DNA of 64,000 bases from Bacteroidota bacterium (GCA_013288685.1 JABDBM010000006.1:5712-69711); one strand, 5' to 3'; counted from the stretch's first letter, positions 28,829 through 39,161 are shown. Notes: generated from the sequence alone by a model not told the origin. Numbers and translations: made by a program.

Positions 28829-29485
28829 ATGATAGAAGCTGTTATTTCGGGTATTGGGTTTGGATTAGTACTTACTTTTTTAACCGGTCCCGTATTTTTT
28901 GCGTTAATAAAAACAAGTATTGAGAAGGGCTTTCATGCAGGTGTTGCGCTGGCATTGGGAGTGGTTTGCAGTGATATGGTATTTGTGGGGGCTATATTAT
29001 TTGGATCGCAGTATTTTGAAGTGTCAGCACCTGATAAAATTCATGCCGGTGAAGTTGGCGCTGCTATACTATTTGCCATTGGCGTTTATTACCTGTTTAA
29101 AAAATCGAAAATTAGTTATTCCAACACGGTACCCACCAAACTGCACCGCGCCGGCTATTTTTTAAAAGGCTTTGTGATGTGCATTTTTAATCCCACTATC
29201 CTTTTCCACTGGACGATAGTAATCGGCGCAGCAAGTACCGTTTATCATGAGGGGGTGCCTAACCGGTCGCTTAAAATAGCGATTATGTTTTTGACCATCC
29301 TTATTGTTCAATTTGGCCTTGATACTACCAAAGCTTTTTATGCCAACAAACTGCGCGATCGTATATCAGCCAGGTTTGTACACCGTCTTAACCAGGTTGC
29401 AGGGATAGCGCTGATTATAGCTTCGTTTGTGCTGATTGATAAGCTGGTGACGCACTTTATTTTCTCGGCACCGGCAGGAGCGTAG
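28829..29485 (+). CDS. LysE-family translocator
   Basis: GPVFFALI..SI..GF..G...A.G...SD and GF....FNP. Confidence 0.85.
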   Translation: MIEAVISGIGFGLVLTFLTGPVFFALIKTSIEKGFHAGVALALGVVCSDMVFVGAILFGSQYFEVSAPDKIHAGEVGAAILFAIGVYYLFKKSKISYSNTVPTKLHRAGYFLKGFVMCIFNPTILFHWTIVIGAASTVYHEGVPNRSLKIAIMFLTILIVQFGLDTTKAFYANKLRDRISARFVHRLNQVAGIALIIASFVLIDKLVTHFIFSAPAGA

Positions 29486-29566
29486 GATTTCGGATTTGGG
29501 AATTTCGATTTTTCGCTTTTGTTTGTTTTCAATGGTGCTCAAGAGGGCCTGCCGTTTCGGATTTAT

Positions 29567-29654
29567 GAATCACTGATTTTTAGAATGATTTATATGATTA
29601 CACAGATTTCTTTATTTGATTTTTAATCAGTGAAATCATATAAATCTGTGATTC
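29567..29654. repeat. Nested inverted-repeat intergenic element
   Basis: gaatcactgatt/aatcagtga, gatttatatgatt/aatcatataaatc and cacagattt/aaatctgtg. Confidence 0.55.
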
Positions 29655-29691
29655 TTTTTTCCTATCATTATCCCATTTTTAAACCTCAGCG

Positions 29692-30141
29692 ATGAAAAGT
29701 GTATTCAACCCAGCCGATAATGCCGAAATTATTGAGCGTATAAACAAACTTACGCCTACCACACCCGCTTTGTGGGGTAAAATGAATGCGGCGCAAATGT
29801 TAACCCATTGCCAGCCATTTATTCGCATTGCAATTGGCGAACTTAAATTGAAACGTGCTTTTATCGGTTTAATATTTGGTAAGATGGCCAAAAAGAAAAT
29901 ATTAGCCGATGGTCCGCTCGAAAAAAATATGCCTACCCTTCCGCAGGCCAAAATAACCTGGGACGTTGATTTTGAGGAAGAAAAAGCTAAACTGATTGAG
30001 TTGGTGGCCCGCTTACCAAAGTTGGGTTACGATGGCTTGATCAACGAACCGCATCCGTTTTTTGGTAAATTGACTAACCAGGAATGGGATCAACTTAACA
30101 CCAAGCACCTGGATCATCATTTAAGCCAGTTTGGGGTATAG
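29692..30141 (+). CDS. DUF1569 (DinB-like) protein
   Basis: WGKMNAAQML.HC and HPFFGKLT..EW.....KHLDHHL.QFGV. Confidence 0.9.
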   Translation: MKSVFNPADNAEIIERINKLTPTTPALWGKMNAAQMLTHCQPFIRIAIGELKLKRAFIGLIFGKMAKKKILADGPLEKNMPTLPQAKITWDVDFEEEKAKLIELVARLPKLGYDGLINEPHPFFGKLTNQEWDQLNTKHLDHHLSQFGV

Positions 30142-30146
30142 GTGAG

Positions 30147-30266
30147 CCCGGAAAGTAGAGAAAGTCAGTAAAGTCCGAAAGAAGCTGCGGTAGAGTCCGC
30201 AAAGTGTAGTAAAAACTTTTCTTTCCGTCTTTACTGACTTTCCGGACTTTGCTGACTTTTCCGACT
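30147..30266. repeat. Inverted 9-bp tandem array (aaagtcagt/aaagtccga vs actgacttt/cggacttt) between convergent genes
   Basis: gaaagtagagaaagtcagtaaagtccgaaag ... ctttactgactttccggactttgctgacttttccgact. Confidence 0.75.
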
Positions 30267-32173
30267 TAATTGTACCCTCTTTGATTTTTCCCTTCCATCC
30301 AATTCACAAAGGCGCGGTTTACTACTTTATTACCGCCAGGGGTAGGGTAGTTACCGCTAAAATACCAGTCGCCGGTATGGCCTGGGCAAGCTATATGCAG
30401 GTTATCAAGGGTTTGATATAATACTTTTACTTCGCAATTAATAGTTGAAGGCGTAATGATTTTGGCAATACGGTCAGATATTTCCTGATCGGTAAACGGC
30501 GCGTAAATTGCTTTTACATGGTTAATTGCTTCTTCCTTAGGTTTGGTTCGGCTCGCCTTGCATTGTTCATAAGTGTTTACAATCACATCTTCCATCTTGC
30601 GCTCACGCAGTAAGCTAATGGCAGCTTCAAAAGCCACAAACTCGCCCATCCGCGACATATCAATGCCATAACAATCCGGATAACGTATTTGCGGGGCCGA
30701 TGATACCACTACAATTTTCTTAGGGCCAAGCCTGTCCAGTATCTTCAGGATGCTTTGTTTAAGGGTAGTGCCGCGAACAATAGAGTCGTCCAGTATCACC
30801 AGGGTGTCATCGTTCTTTTTAATCAGCCCGTAGGTGCTGTCATAAACGTGAGCAACCATTTCGCTGCGGTCGGCATCCTGCGTAATAAAGGTGCGCAGTT
30901 TTACATCTTTAATGGCTATTTTCTCCACACGGGGGGCCATGCTTAGCACCTCGGTTAATTCTTCTTCACTAATTTTATCGTCGCGGTTCAGCAGGCGGTC
31001 GCGCTGGTATTTTTTGATGTACTTGTGAACACCTTCAACCATGCCGTAAAAAGCAACTTCGGCGGTGTTCGGGATATAGGAGAACACAGTGTTCTTCATA
31101 TCATGATCAACCGTTTTTAAAATCTGCTCGCAAAGCAAACGGCCTAATTGTTTACGCTCACGATAAATATCAGCATCACTGCCGCGTGAAAAATAGATGC
31201 GTTCAAACGAACAGGCTTTTTTCTCCTGCGGTTCGCTAAACATATCTTCGCTTATGCGGCCGTTCTTTTTAACAATTAAAGCATGCCCTGGTTTAACTTC
31301 CCTGATATCGCCAATAGGAATATTGAAAGCGGTTTGAATAGCAGGGCGCTCTGATGCGGCAACTACTATTTCATCATTATAATAATAAAACATCGGCCTT
31401 ATACCCCATGGATCGCGCATCACAAACGCATCTCCATGGCCCAATATACCGGCGATGGTATAACCACCATCCCAGTTTTTGGCCGATTTACGGAGTATTT
31501 TAGCCACGTCCATATCATTAGCAATCAGTTTGCTTATTTTGATATTGTCGTCCAATCCCTCGCGTTTATATTGGTCAAACAAGCCCTGGTTTTCGGTATC
31601 AATAAAGTGACCTATTTTTTCCAGTACGGTAACCGTATCTGCTTTTTCTTTAGGATGCTGACCAAGGTCGTAAAGCTGTTGTAACAGTTCATCAACGTTA
31701 GTCATGTTAAAGTTACCGGCGATAACCAGGTTACGCGTCATCCAGTTGTTTTGACGTAGAAAGGGGTGGCAGTTTTCAATACTGTTTTTGCCGTGGGTAC
31801 CGTAGCGCAAATGTCCTAACAAAACTTCGCCGGCAAAGCTTACGTTTTGCTTCAACCATTCGGCATCTTCCATTTTTTCGGGACTGGTTTTCTGAACATC
31901 GGCAAACTTCTTTTGCACGTATTCAAAAATGTCGGCTACGGCATTGGATGCCATGGAGCGGTGTCGGCTAATATAACGTTTGCCAGGCTCAATATCCAGT
32001 TTAATGGTTGCAATACCGGCGCCATCCTGGCCGCGGTTATGCTGTTTTTCCATTAAAAGGTAAAGCTTGTTTAGTCCGTACAGAGAAGTTCCGTACTTTT
32101 CCTGATAGTAAGAAAGGGGCTTCAAAAGGCGAATAAACGCTACGCCACATTCATGTTTAATCTGATCACTCAT
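30266..32173 (-). CDS. purF: Amidophosphoribosyltransferase (Bacteroidota long form)
   Basis: Propeptide followed by ECG, QHNRGQDGAG, GHLRYGT, CSFERIYFSR, PRPP motif ILDDSIVRGTT and YGIDM. Confidence 0.93.
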   Translation of the reverse strand: MSDQIKHECGVAFIRLLKPLSYYQEKYGTSLYGLNKLYLLMEKQHNRGQDGAGIATIKLDIEPGKRYISRHRSMASNAVADIFEYVQKKFADVQKTSPEKMEDAEWLKQNVSFAGEVLLGHLRYGTHGKNSIENCHPFLRQNNWMTRNLVIAGNFNMTNVDELLQQLYDLGQHPKEKADTVTVLEKIGHFIDTENQGLFDQYKREGLDDNIKISKLIANDMDVAKILRKSAKNWDGGYTIAGILGHGDAFVMRDPWGIRPMFYYYNDEIVVAASERPAIQTAFNIPIGDIREVKPGHALIVKKNGRISEDMFSEPQEKKACSFERIYFSRGSDADIYRERKQLGRLLCEQILKTVDHDMKNTVFSYIPNTAEVAFYGMVEGVHKYIKKYQRDRLLNRDDKISEEELTEVLSMAPRVEKIAIKDVKLRTFITQDADRSEMVAHVYDSTYGLIKKNDDTLVILDDSIVRGTTLKQSILKILDRLGPKKIVVVSSAPQIRYPDCYGIDMSRMGEFVAFEAAISLLRERKMEDVIVNTYEQCKASRTKPKEEAINHVKAIYAPFTDQEISDRIAKIITPSTINCEVKVLYQTLDNLHIACPGHTGDWYFSGNYPTPGGNKVVNRAFVNWMEGKNQRGYN

Positions 32174-32426
32174 GATTGGTAATGAGCGGGCAAAGGTAAG
32201 ACTTAAATGTTAGAACTTGTAATTTACAATGTCATTATATTGCATTAATATTTCTTTTTGTTTATTGGTTCACTGGTTCATTAGTTCATTGGTATTTGGC
32301 GCTTATTACTATTTTGTTTTGGCAACTATTAGGTTAGATACTGGTTATTAAGTTGTATGCGCCACTTTAATTTTTTAATTTTCCATCCTGCTAACTTCAG
32401 CCAACTTAATCAACCAATCAACAAAA

Positions 32427-33281
32427 ATGAAAAAAATACAAATATCCCTATTTATATTATTCGTGCTATCACTGGCCACTGGCTTCGCTCAATCAGGAAA
32501 ACCATTATTTACCCATGCCATAGGCGTTCAGTTTTATACCTACCGCAACAGTTTGCAGGGGGGCTTAGGGCCGGTGCTTGACAGCATTAAAGCGCTTGGC
32601 ATAACCGAAATAGAAGGATCAACACCTAAAAACACCACTGCCGAAGAATTCAAAAAAATGTATACCGACAGGGGGTTAACAATGCCGTCTATTGGCTGGG
32701 ATTATAATATGATTCTAAAGGACCCAATGGCCGCTGTAACCGAGGCAAAGGCCTACGGCTCCAAATTTATTATGGTTGCATGGATACCTCATGGTAAAGA
32801 TTTTACTATTGACGACGCCAAAAAAGCGGTTGCCGATTTTAACACCGTTGGAAAGATTCTTCACGAAAACGGCATCACCCTTTGCTATCACGATCACGGC
32901 TACGAGTTTGGCCCTTACGGCGATGGAACTTTGTTTGATTATATCGTACAAAATACCAACCCCAAATATGTATCGTTCGAAATGGATATTATGTGGACTT
33001 TCCATGGCGGTGGCGACCCGGCTAAACTGTTGTACAAATACAAGAGCCGCTGGAAAATGGTACACCTGAAAGATATCCGCAAAGGCGTTGCAAACGACCT
33101 TACCGGCGGTACCAGCACCAATAACGATGTAGCTGTAGGCACCGGGCAACTCAACTATCCCGAAATTATAAAAGCAGCCAAAGCAGTAGGCATTAAACAC
33201 TATTTTATTGAGGATGAAAGCCCGAGCCATGCTACGCAAATACCGGTTACTATTGCTTATTTGAGAGGGTTGACGGAATAG
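32427..33281 (+). CDS. Secreted sugar-phosphate isomerase/epimerase (TIM barrel)
   Basis: Signal peptide; GVQFYT.R, YH.HGYEF, FEMDI.W, HLKD and FIEDE. Confidence 0.88.
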   Translation: MKKIQISLFILFVLSLATGFAQSGKPLFTHAIGVQFYTYRNSLQGGLGPVLDSIKALGITEIEGSTPKNTTAEEFKKMYTDRGLTMPSIGWDYNMILKDPMAAVTEAKAYGSKFIMVAWIPHGKDFTIDDAKKAVADFNTVGKILHENGITLCYHDHGYEFGPYGDGTLFDYIVQNTNPKYVSFEMDIMWTFHGGGDPAKLLYKYKSRWKMVHLKDIRKGVANDLTGGTSTNNDVAVGTGQLNYPEIIKAAKAVGIKHYFIEDESPSHATQIPVTIAYLRGLTE

Positions 33282-33317
33282 AGGAAATAGCTACTGTCTT
33301 TTTAAGCATGAGGACGA

Positions 33318-34262
33318 ATGGAAACAAATAATAGCCCCCATAACCCAAGTATTATAGCGGCCATAGGTAATACCCCGCTGGTAAAACTGCAAAAAATAGT
33401 ACCCGAAAACTGTGCCGACATTTATGTAAAGCTGGAATATTTTAACCCAACCGGCTCTTATAAAGACCGTATGGCATTATCAATTATCGAAAATGCTGAA
33501 AAAAGAGGTACGTTAAAAGCGGGAATGACTGTTGTTGAGTGCACTGGTGGCAGTACCGGTACGTCGTTAGCTTTTGTTTGTTCGGTTAAAGGGTATCGTT
33601 TTTATGTAGTTTCGTCTGATGCCTTTGCGAAGGAAAAACTGCAGAGCATGAGACTGTTTGGCGCCGAACTTGAAATAACGCTAAGCGACGGCGGTAAGAT
33701 AACACCCGACCTGATCCCCAGGATGATTAAGCGAACGCAGGAGATTGGTTTGCAACCAGGCACTTATTTAACCCGGCAGTTTGAAAACCCGGACGTAATT
33801 GATGGTTACCAGGCAATGGGCCGCGAAATATTACAACAATTGAATGCGCCCATCAGTGCATTTTGCGGTGCTGTTGGCAGCGGCGGTATGGTGGCAGGAG
33901 TATCAAAAATATTAAAGGCAAAACGTGATGATACCCGTATCATTATATTGGAACCGGCCTCGGCTCCGCTTATATCAAAGGGAATAAAGGGTACACATAA
34001 AATTGATGGTATTGGCGTAGGTTTCGTTCCTCCGTTTTTAAATAGCGGGAGTTACGATGAGGTACGCACGATAGAAGAGCCCGAAGCACGCAACATGGTT
34101 AAACTATTGGCTGCCGAAGAAGGTATTTTTGCAGGAACTTCAACAGGGATGAACATTGCAGCTGTTATTGAGATAGGGCGGGAATTGGGACCCGGCCATA
34201 CAGTAGTAACAGTAGCCTGCGATTCAGGAATGAAGTATTTAAGCAGCGGATTGTTTGATTAA
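33318..34262 (+). CDS. PLP-dependent cysteine synthase family protein
   Basis: IGNTPLV, KLEYFNPTGSYKDR, GSGG and H.IDGIG. Confidence 0.92.
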   Translation: METNNSPHNPSIIAAIGNTPLVKLQKIVPENCADIYVKLEYFNPTGSYKDRMALSIIENAEKRGTLKAGMTVVECTGGSTGTSLAFVCSVKGYRFYVVSSDAFAKEKLQSMRLFGAELEITLSDGGKITPDLIPRMIKRTQEIGLQPGTYLTRQFENPDVIDGYQAMGREILQQLNAPISAFCGAVGSGGMVAGVSKILKAKRDDTRIIILEPASAPLISKGIKGTHKIDGIGVGFVPPFLNSGSYDEVRTIEEPEARNMVKLLAAEEGIFAGTSTGMNIAAVIEIGRELGPGHTVVTVACDSGMKYLSSGLFD

Positions 34263-34368
34263 ACAGTTATTTTCTGATGTACGATGGCGTACGTACCTTG
34301 TTCGGTTATGATACACTCAATTATCTGAATATTTTTAATAAATGTCTGAAATACAGATTTTTAAACTT

Positions 34369-34383
34369 TTGGCACCGTATTGC
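34369..34383 (+). promoter_or_regulatory. Sigma-54-like promoter motif (TGGCAC-N4-TTGC)
   Basis: ttggcaccgtattgc, one base shorter than the proteobacterial -24/-12 consensus. The same spacing occurs at 46194-46209. Confidence 0.4.
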
Positions 34384-34394
34384 TTATATCTATG

Positions 34395-34480
34395 CCGAAG
34401 ATCAGTTAACAGGGATCTTGAGGTTTAGTTGAAAACATGTTGATGGTGCGTTCCGGGGTGAGATACGGAACGCATTTTTT
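34395..34480 (+). ncRNA. Candidate small RNA ending in an intrinsic terminator
   Basis: About 85 nt without a useful ORF between the sigma54-like motif and the hairpin tgcgttccg-gggtgagata-cggaacgca-tttttt. Confidence 0.35.
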
Positions 34481-34551
34481 GTGGGTGGCGAAAAATCAAT
34501 TAAAACAATTTTTGATAAATTTTCTATATTTGTATATCAAAATTATCCCCA

Positions 34552-34722
34552 ATGAGTGATCAGGATATAAAACGGTTATCAGATTTAGCCAAGAAAAAGC
34601 TTAAAGCAGGTGTTACCAAAGAACAGGCTTTGCAAAGTTTTATACGTATCGGGGTAATGGACGAAAAAGGTGAGTTTACAAAAGATTATGCTATTTTAGA
34701 ATCGGTGATCAAAAAAGTCTGA
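34552..34722 (+). CDS. Small 56-aa protein not in the ORF track; putative antitoxin
   Basis: MSDQDIKRLSDLAKKKLKAGVTKEQALQSFIRIGVMDEKGEFTKDYAILESVIKKV; TATATTTG -7 box at 34525-34532; TGATG overlap with the next gene. Confidence 0.75.
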   Translation: MSDQDIKRLSDLAKKKLKAGVTKEQALQSFIRIGVMDEKGEFTKDYAILESVIKKV

Positions 34723-35372
34723 TGTACGATTCGCGCCCTAACCTTATTATTGGCTTTCACGGCTGCGACGAGACTGTGAAACAAAAACTCATAAACAGTT
34801 CAAGTTCTATCCAAAAAAGCAAAAAACCATACGATTGGCTTGGCCATGGTATGTATTTTTGGGAAAATAATCATGACCGCGCAATGGAGTGGGCTACTGA
34901 AAAGAAAAAACGCGGCGAGATAGCAACTCCGGCTGTTGTTGGCGCGATATTGCAACTTGGCTATTGTTGCGACTTGTTAGATTCCAGGTATGTGCAGTTG
35001 CTTAAGGAATATTATAATTTGATGGCGGATGCCTATAAAATTGTTGGAAGAGAGTTGCCCCAAAATAAAAACCTCTCGCACGACGTTCATAAAGACCGAA
35101 TTTTAAGGGTGTTGGATTGTACAGTTATTGAATACATGCACGATGAAATTTATGACCGCTATAAGCAAGATATTTTTAATAAAGGTTTTAGCGATCTGAA
35201 GATCTTTGAATCTACCCGTTGCGTATTCACCGAAGGCGGCCCAATCTACAAGGGTGCCGGTATTTTTGAAAAAAGCCACATACAAATATGCATTCGTAAT
35301 CCGGATTGTATTAAGGGATTCTTTAACCCCCGGAAAAGTACGTCTTTTAATAGCTGGGTGGAGCGAAAATAA
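34722..35372 (+). CDS. DUF3990-like / ADP-ribosyltransferase-fold protein, putative toxin
   Basis: GFHGC, DWLGHGMYFWE...RAMEWA and HIQICIRN pattern (H-G..., G.G.Y, Q.C). Confidence 0.65.
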   Translation: MYDSRPNLIIGFHGCDETVKQKLINSSSSIQKSKKPYDWLGHGMYFWENNHDRAMEWATEKKKRGEIATPAVVGAILQLGYCCDLLDSRYVQLLKEYYNLMADAYKIVGRELPQNKNLSHDVHKDRILRVLDCTVIEYMHDEIYDRYKQDIFNKGFSDLKIFESTRCVFTEGGPIYKGAGIFEKSHIQICIRNPDCIKGFFNPRKSTSFNSWVERK

Positions 35373-35393
35373 CAGGTCGGCCAGCAAGCGATA

Positions 35394-35424
35394 GGTAAAC
35401 TTAGTTTCTAATACTAAGTTTACC
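35394..35424. terminator. Hairpin between convergent genes (probable bidirectional terminator)
   Basis: ggtaaacttagt-ttctaat-actaagtttacc. Confidence 0.6.
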
Positions 35425-35432
35425 GAGCAACA

Positions 35433-37397
35433 TTATTCAAATTTGTTCGAATCAGTAGTCCCCCTCCAGCTATCCGACCTAAACGGACTTACCGGGAAAC
35501 CTTCCACATTGTACAAATTAGCATCAATAGGCGCGTCTGTCCACGCGTAGCGTACGGCAACAGGTTGCGGTACCTGGCTGCTCCATACTTTTACTTTATT
35601 CCCATCAACTATTACAGCCTGGGCATAGTAAAATTTATGATCAGCACCCGCTATTTCGAAACCTTTCAGATAGCCATATTTATCTTTTGCCATCAGGCCC
35701 TTGTCGGCATGGGTAAAACTCACGGTTGCAGCAGCGCCTGTAAAATCAGCCGAAGCAAATAGCGGGCTTTCAGCAAATCCGGGCAGGTGATAAACATCGG
35801 CCAGGGCTTTGCTGGCCAGCCTGTAGCCTACATCTGCCTTATCGCGCGGGTGGATATTAAGCGGCTCACCGATGTCAGTTGTTACGGCCATGCCGGTATT
35901 GGGCAATTGCAGCGTCATGGTTTGGGCTTCCCGTAGTTCGGCCCAATTGCTGCCTACATTGGCGTTCTGAAAGCCGCCGAATGAGGCTAGCTGAACAAAC
36001 AAAAAGGGAAAATCTTTTTTCCAGCGGCTGCGCCAGTCGGTAATCATGAGTGGGAAGGTGGTGCGGTATTGATAGGCATTGCCCGCATTCGATTCGCCCT
36101 GGTACCAAATCACGCCTGCTATCCCGTAAGGAATTAGCGGACTAATCATGCTGTTGTATAGCGTAAATGCAGTGTTATTCGGCAAAAAGTTAAAATGATA
36201 AGGTTTGCTTAAATCGGGCATTACATGCCAGTTGTTATCGGCCATGTTAACGGTGGTGTCGGCAAACTTAACATAAATATCGCTCGCCAAACCGCTGATA
36301 CCTAATCCTAACCAGGCCGGGTTTTTTTGTTGCGATTGCAAATCAATCAACACACTGTTATTGCCGGGTTTCCAGGTGCCGGCCGGTAAATCGAGTTGAA
36401 ATGTATTAGGCAAGTTGCCTTTTTTTATGAGCGTTCCGTTAATGTACAAAGCCATATCGGCATCAGTAGTTCCTAATTTTAATACCGATGTGCGGTTAGC
36501 GTAACTGCTATCTAACTTAATGGTGCGCTGCATAAAGCCCTCACCGCGGTAGCCGTACAGCTTACCCATCCATTCCCACGAGGCTGGTGCACTGCCTTGT
36601 TGCCAATCTGCAAAAAATGTAGCGGGCTGTGTTGCGAGTTCGTCGGGGGTATAGTTTACAACAGGTTTGTTTCGGTACGCGTATGCTCGCAGTTGTTTGT
36701 CAATACGCGCTCTTACTCCGTCCCAGGTATCGGGCAGGGCTTTTGCAGCTGTGCCTAATTCAGGCGATGCCAGCATGGCCTCTTTGCTTATCCAGTCTTC
36801 GGCCAGGGTGCCGCCCCAGTTGCTGTAAATTAAGCCTACGGTAACATGCAATTGTTGCGATAGTTTTTTGGCAAAGAAATAACCAACAGCAGTAAAATTG
36901 CCGACCGTATTGGTGTCGGCTTTTACCCATTGGCCACGGCGAATATCTTTTTGCGGCTCCAAACTCATGGTATCGGGCACCTGGAACTGACGAATGGTTT
37001 GTTGTGCCGAAGCTTTTTGTTCGGCTTTATAACCCAGCGCATCCCGCAGGTGAAACTCCATGTTTGATTGGCCAGAACATATCCATACCTCGCCCAGCAT
37101 CATATCAGTATAAGTAAGGGTTTCCTTGCCTGCAGATATAGTCATGGTGTAGGGGCCACCTTCGGGCATGGCTTTTAATATCACTTTCCAGTTACCCTGG
37201 TCATCGGCTTTGGCACTTACCTGCTGGCCGTTAAATGCAACGGTTACTTTGGCTTTTTTGCCGGCCCATCCCCAAACGGGTATATCCTGGTTGCGTTGTA
37301 AAACGCCATGGTCAGCAAATAGTTTGGCGGTAGTTAATTGTGCCTGGCTCTCAAAAAAAAGGCCGCATAAAAGCAGGGTAAGTAGGGCAATTCTCAT
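35433..37397 (-). CDS. Sialate O-acetylesterase (SASA, SGNH) family protein
   Basis: GEVWICSGQSNM, WGGT, GVIWYQGESN, NIHP.DK and VRYAW. Confidence 0.92.
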   Translation of the reverse strand: MRIALLTLLLCGLFFESQAQLTTAKLFADHGVLQRNQDIPVWGWAGKKAKVTVAFNGQQVSAKADDQGNWKVILKAMPEGGPYTMTISAGKETLTYTDMMLGEVWICSGQSNMEFHLRDALGYKAEQKASAQQTIRQFQVPDTMSLEPQKDIRRGQWVKADTNTVGNFTAVGYFFAKKLSQQLHVTVGLIYSNWGGTLAEDWISKEAMLASPELGTAAKALPDTWDGVRARIDKQLRAYAYRNKPVVNYTPDELATQPATFFADWQQGSAPASWEWMGKLYGYRGEGFMQRTIKLDSSYANRTSVLKLGTTDADMALYINGTLIKKGNLPNTFQLDLPAGTWKPGNNSVLIDLQSQQKNPAWLGLGISGLASDIYVKFADTTVNMADNNWHVMPDLSKPYHFNFLPNNTAFTLYNSMISPLIPYGIAGVIWYQGESNAGNAYQYRTTFPLMITDWRSRWKKDFPFLFVQLASFGGFQNANVGSNWAELREAQTMTLQLPNTGMAVTTDIGEPLNIHPRDKADVGYRLASKALADVYHLPGFAESPLFASADFTGAAATVSFTHADKGLMAKDKYGYLKGFEIAGADHKFYYAQAVIVDGNKVKVWSSQVPQPVAVRYAWTDAPIDANLYNVEGFPVSPFRSDSWRGTTDSNKFE

Positions 37398-37558
37398 TTA
37401 ATTGGGGTGTTTTGGTTATGTCAAAGTTAAATATAAATAGTCACAAGTGTGTTACTGCCCCACATGGAGTAATGTATCAATTTTGTATCCGGCAGATATA
37501 ATCCGTAATTTTATTTTTTTTAAGAAGAAGAAAATTGCGGTTTACAGCCCTTTAATAA

Positions 37559-38680
37559 ATGAAAGAAATAAAAGCCATTATAAGCGCTTACGATAATATT
37601 GATAAAAACAAGGTAAAAGCCGCATTGGCTACAGTTGTTCGGGTGGAAGGCTCTTCGTACCGGCGCACCGGCGCCCGTATGCTGGTAACCGACGATGGCG
37701 TGTGGATAGGCGGTATAAGCGGCGGTTGCCTGGAAGGTGACGCCCTGAAACGTGCGCGACTGGCTATCGCAAAATCAGAATCGTCATTAATCACTTACGA
37801 CACCACGCAAGACGACGCTTACCAAATAGGAGTGGGGCTTGGCTGTAACGGTGTAATTGATGTACTGTTTACCCCGCTGCAATATCAAAATAAAAACAAC
37901 CCTATTGAAGTTTTAAAAGAATGTACAGCTGCAAACCGGCAAGCACATATTTTAGTAACCATCACTGCGGTAAATGGTGTATGGAACGGCATTAAAGCGG
38001 GCGATGTAATTCAATATACCGGCAAGCAAGATCTTGCTGTTTTTGAGGATACCGCTGTGGCGGATGAATTGTTGCAAAAAATTAGTCACCAGGTTGAAAT
38101 TGGCAAATCGGCCCCCTTTGAGGTTCATTTACCGGAAAATCGGAAACTGGCGGTATTTATTGAAATACTGCCGCCAGAGATTAATTTAGTGCTGATGGGG
38201 CACCAGTATGATATTTACCCGCTGGCCCGCCTGGCAAAAGAAATTGGCTTGCGGGTAACCATGGTGTCCAATCCATTGAAAATAAATGCGAAGTTTTTCG
38301 ATACTGTTGATGCCGTATTTGGGTACGATCAGTTAAATAGTATCAGTATTGACCAATATACCGCTATAGTATTAATGGCGCACGATTATAAAACAGATAA
38401 ACGGAACCTGCCAAAAGCGCTGCAAACAGACGCTTTTTATGTGGGTATGTTGGGGCCAAGGGTACGGTCGGAAAAGATTTTTAATGAATTAGCGAGCGAT
38501 GGGTTGGCTATAGCCGATGCAGATATGGACCGCATTTTTGCACCAGCGGGCCTTGATATTGGCGCTACCAGTCCTGAAGAAATTGCATTATCTATTATTG
38601 CCGAAATAAAAACTGTTTTTTCGAAACGGGAAGGCGGTTTTTTAAAGCATAGGCAAACGGCAATTCACGAACGAGGCTGA
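37559..38680 (+). CDS. XdhC/CoxI xanthine-dehydrogenase accessory protein
   Basis: LATVV.VEGSSYRR.GARM, GGISGGCLE, GLGCNG and APAGLDIGA.SPEEIALSI. Confidence 0.93.
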   Translation: MKEIKAIISAYDNIDKNKVKAALATVVRVEGSSYRRTGARMLVTDDGVWIGGISGGCLEGDALKRARLAIAKSESSLITYDTTQDDAYQIGVGLGCNGVIDVLFTPLQYQNKNNPIEVLKECTAANRQAHILVTITAVNGVWNGIKAGDVIQYTGKQDLAVFEDTAVADELLQKISHQVEIGKSAPFEVHLPENRKLAVFIEILPPEINLVLMGHQYDIYPLARLAKEIGLRVTMVSNPLKINAKFFDTVDAVFGYDQLNSISIDQYTAIVLMAHDYKTDKRNLPKALQTDAFYVGMLGPRVRSEKIFNELASDGLAIADADMDRIFAPAGLDIGATSPEEIALSIIAEIKTVFSKREGGFLKHRQTAIHERG

Positions 38681-38687
38681 TTTTTTA

Positions 38688-39101
38688 ATGGGAATCAAGA
38701 TAAAGCATGCCAGAAAAACTGAATTACTAATGAACGATTCAATAAAAAACCTTTTTAAGGAAGGTATACAGGTAAAAGTAAATGGCAGCCTATGGCTACA
38801 GGCGGGCGGAATACATTTTTTTGGCCCCGGCCCTGTTGAACTATTGGAACGTATTAACGAAACAGGCTCCATCAATGCGGCAGCAAAGGAAATGAAAATG
38901 AGCTACAAAAAGGCCTGGGAACTGGTAAATACCTTAAACCAACAGATGAAAGCTCCCGTTGTAATACCACAAACCGGTGGCGAAAAGGGGGGCGGTTCAA
39001 CCTTAACCTCCGAAGCAATGCAACTGATACAATATCACCGCGAAATGCGACAACGCTTTGCCGCGTTTTTAGAAAACGAAACCCGTTTACTCAACCAATA
39101 A
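38688..39101 (+). CDS. modE: ModE-family winged-helix regulator (HTH only, no TOBE domain)
   Basis: FGPG..ELL..I.ETGSI..AAK.M.MSYKKAW and GGEKGGGS.LT. The true start may be M15. Confidence 0.88.
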   Translation: MGIKIKHARKTELLMNDSIKNLFKEGIQVKVNGSLWLQAGGIHFFGPGPVELLERINETGSINAAAKEMKMSYKKAWELVNTLNQQMKAPVVIPQTGGEKGGGSTLTSEAMQLIQYHREMRQRFAAFLENETRLLNQ

Positions 39102-39161
39102 TAACAAACTTTAAACTTCTTGCCTCATTTAAAAAGTCGGAAAGAAGAGTGTTTTCTTTTC

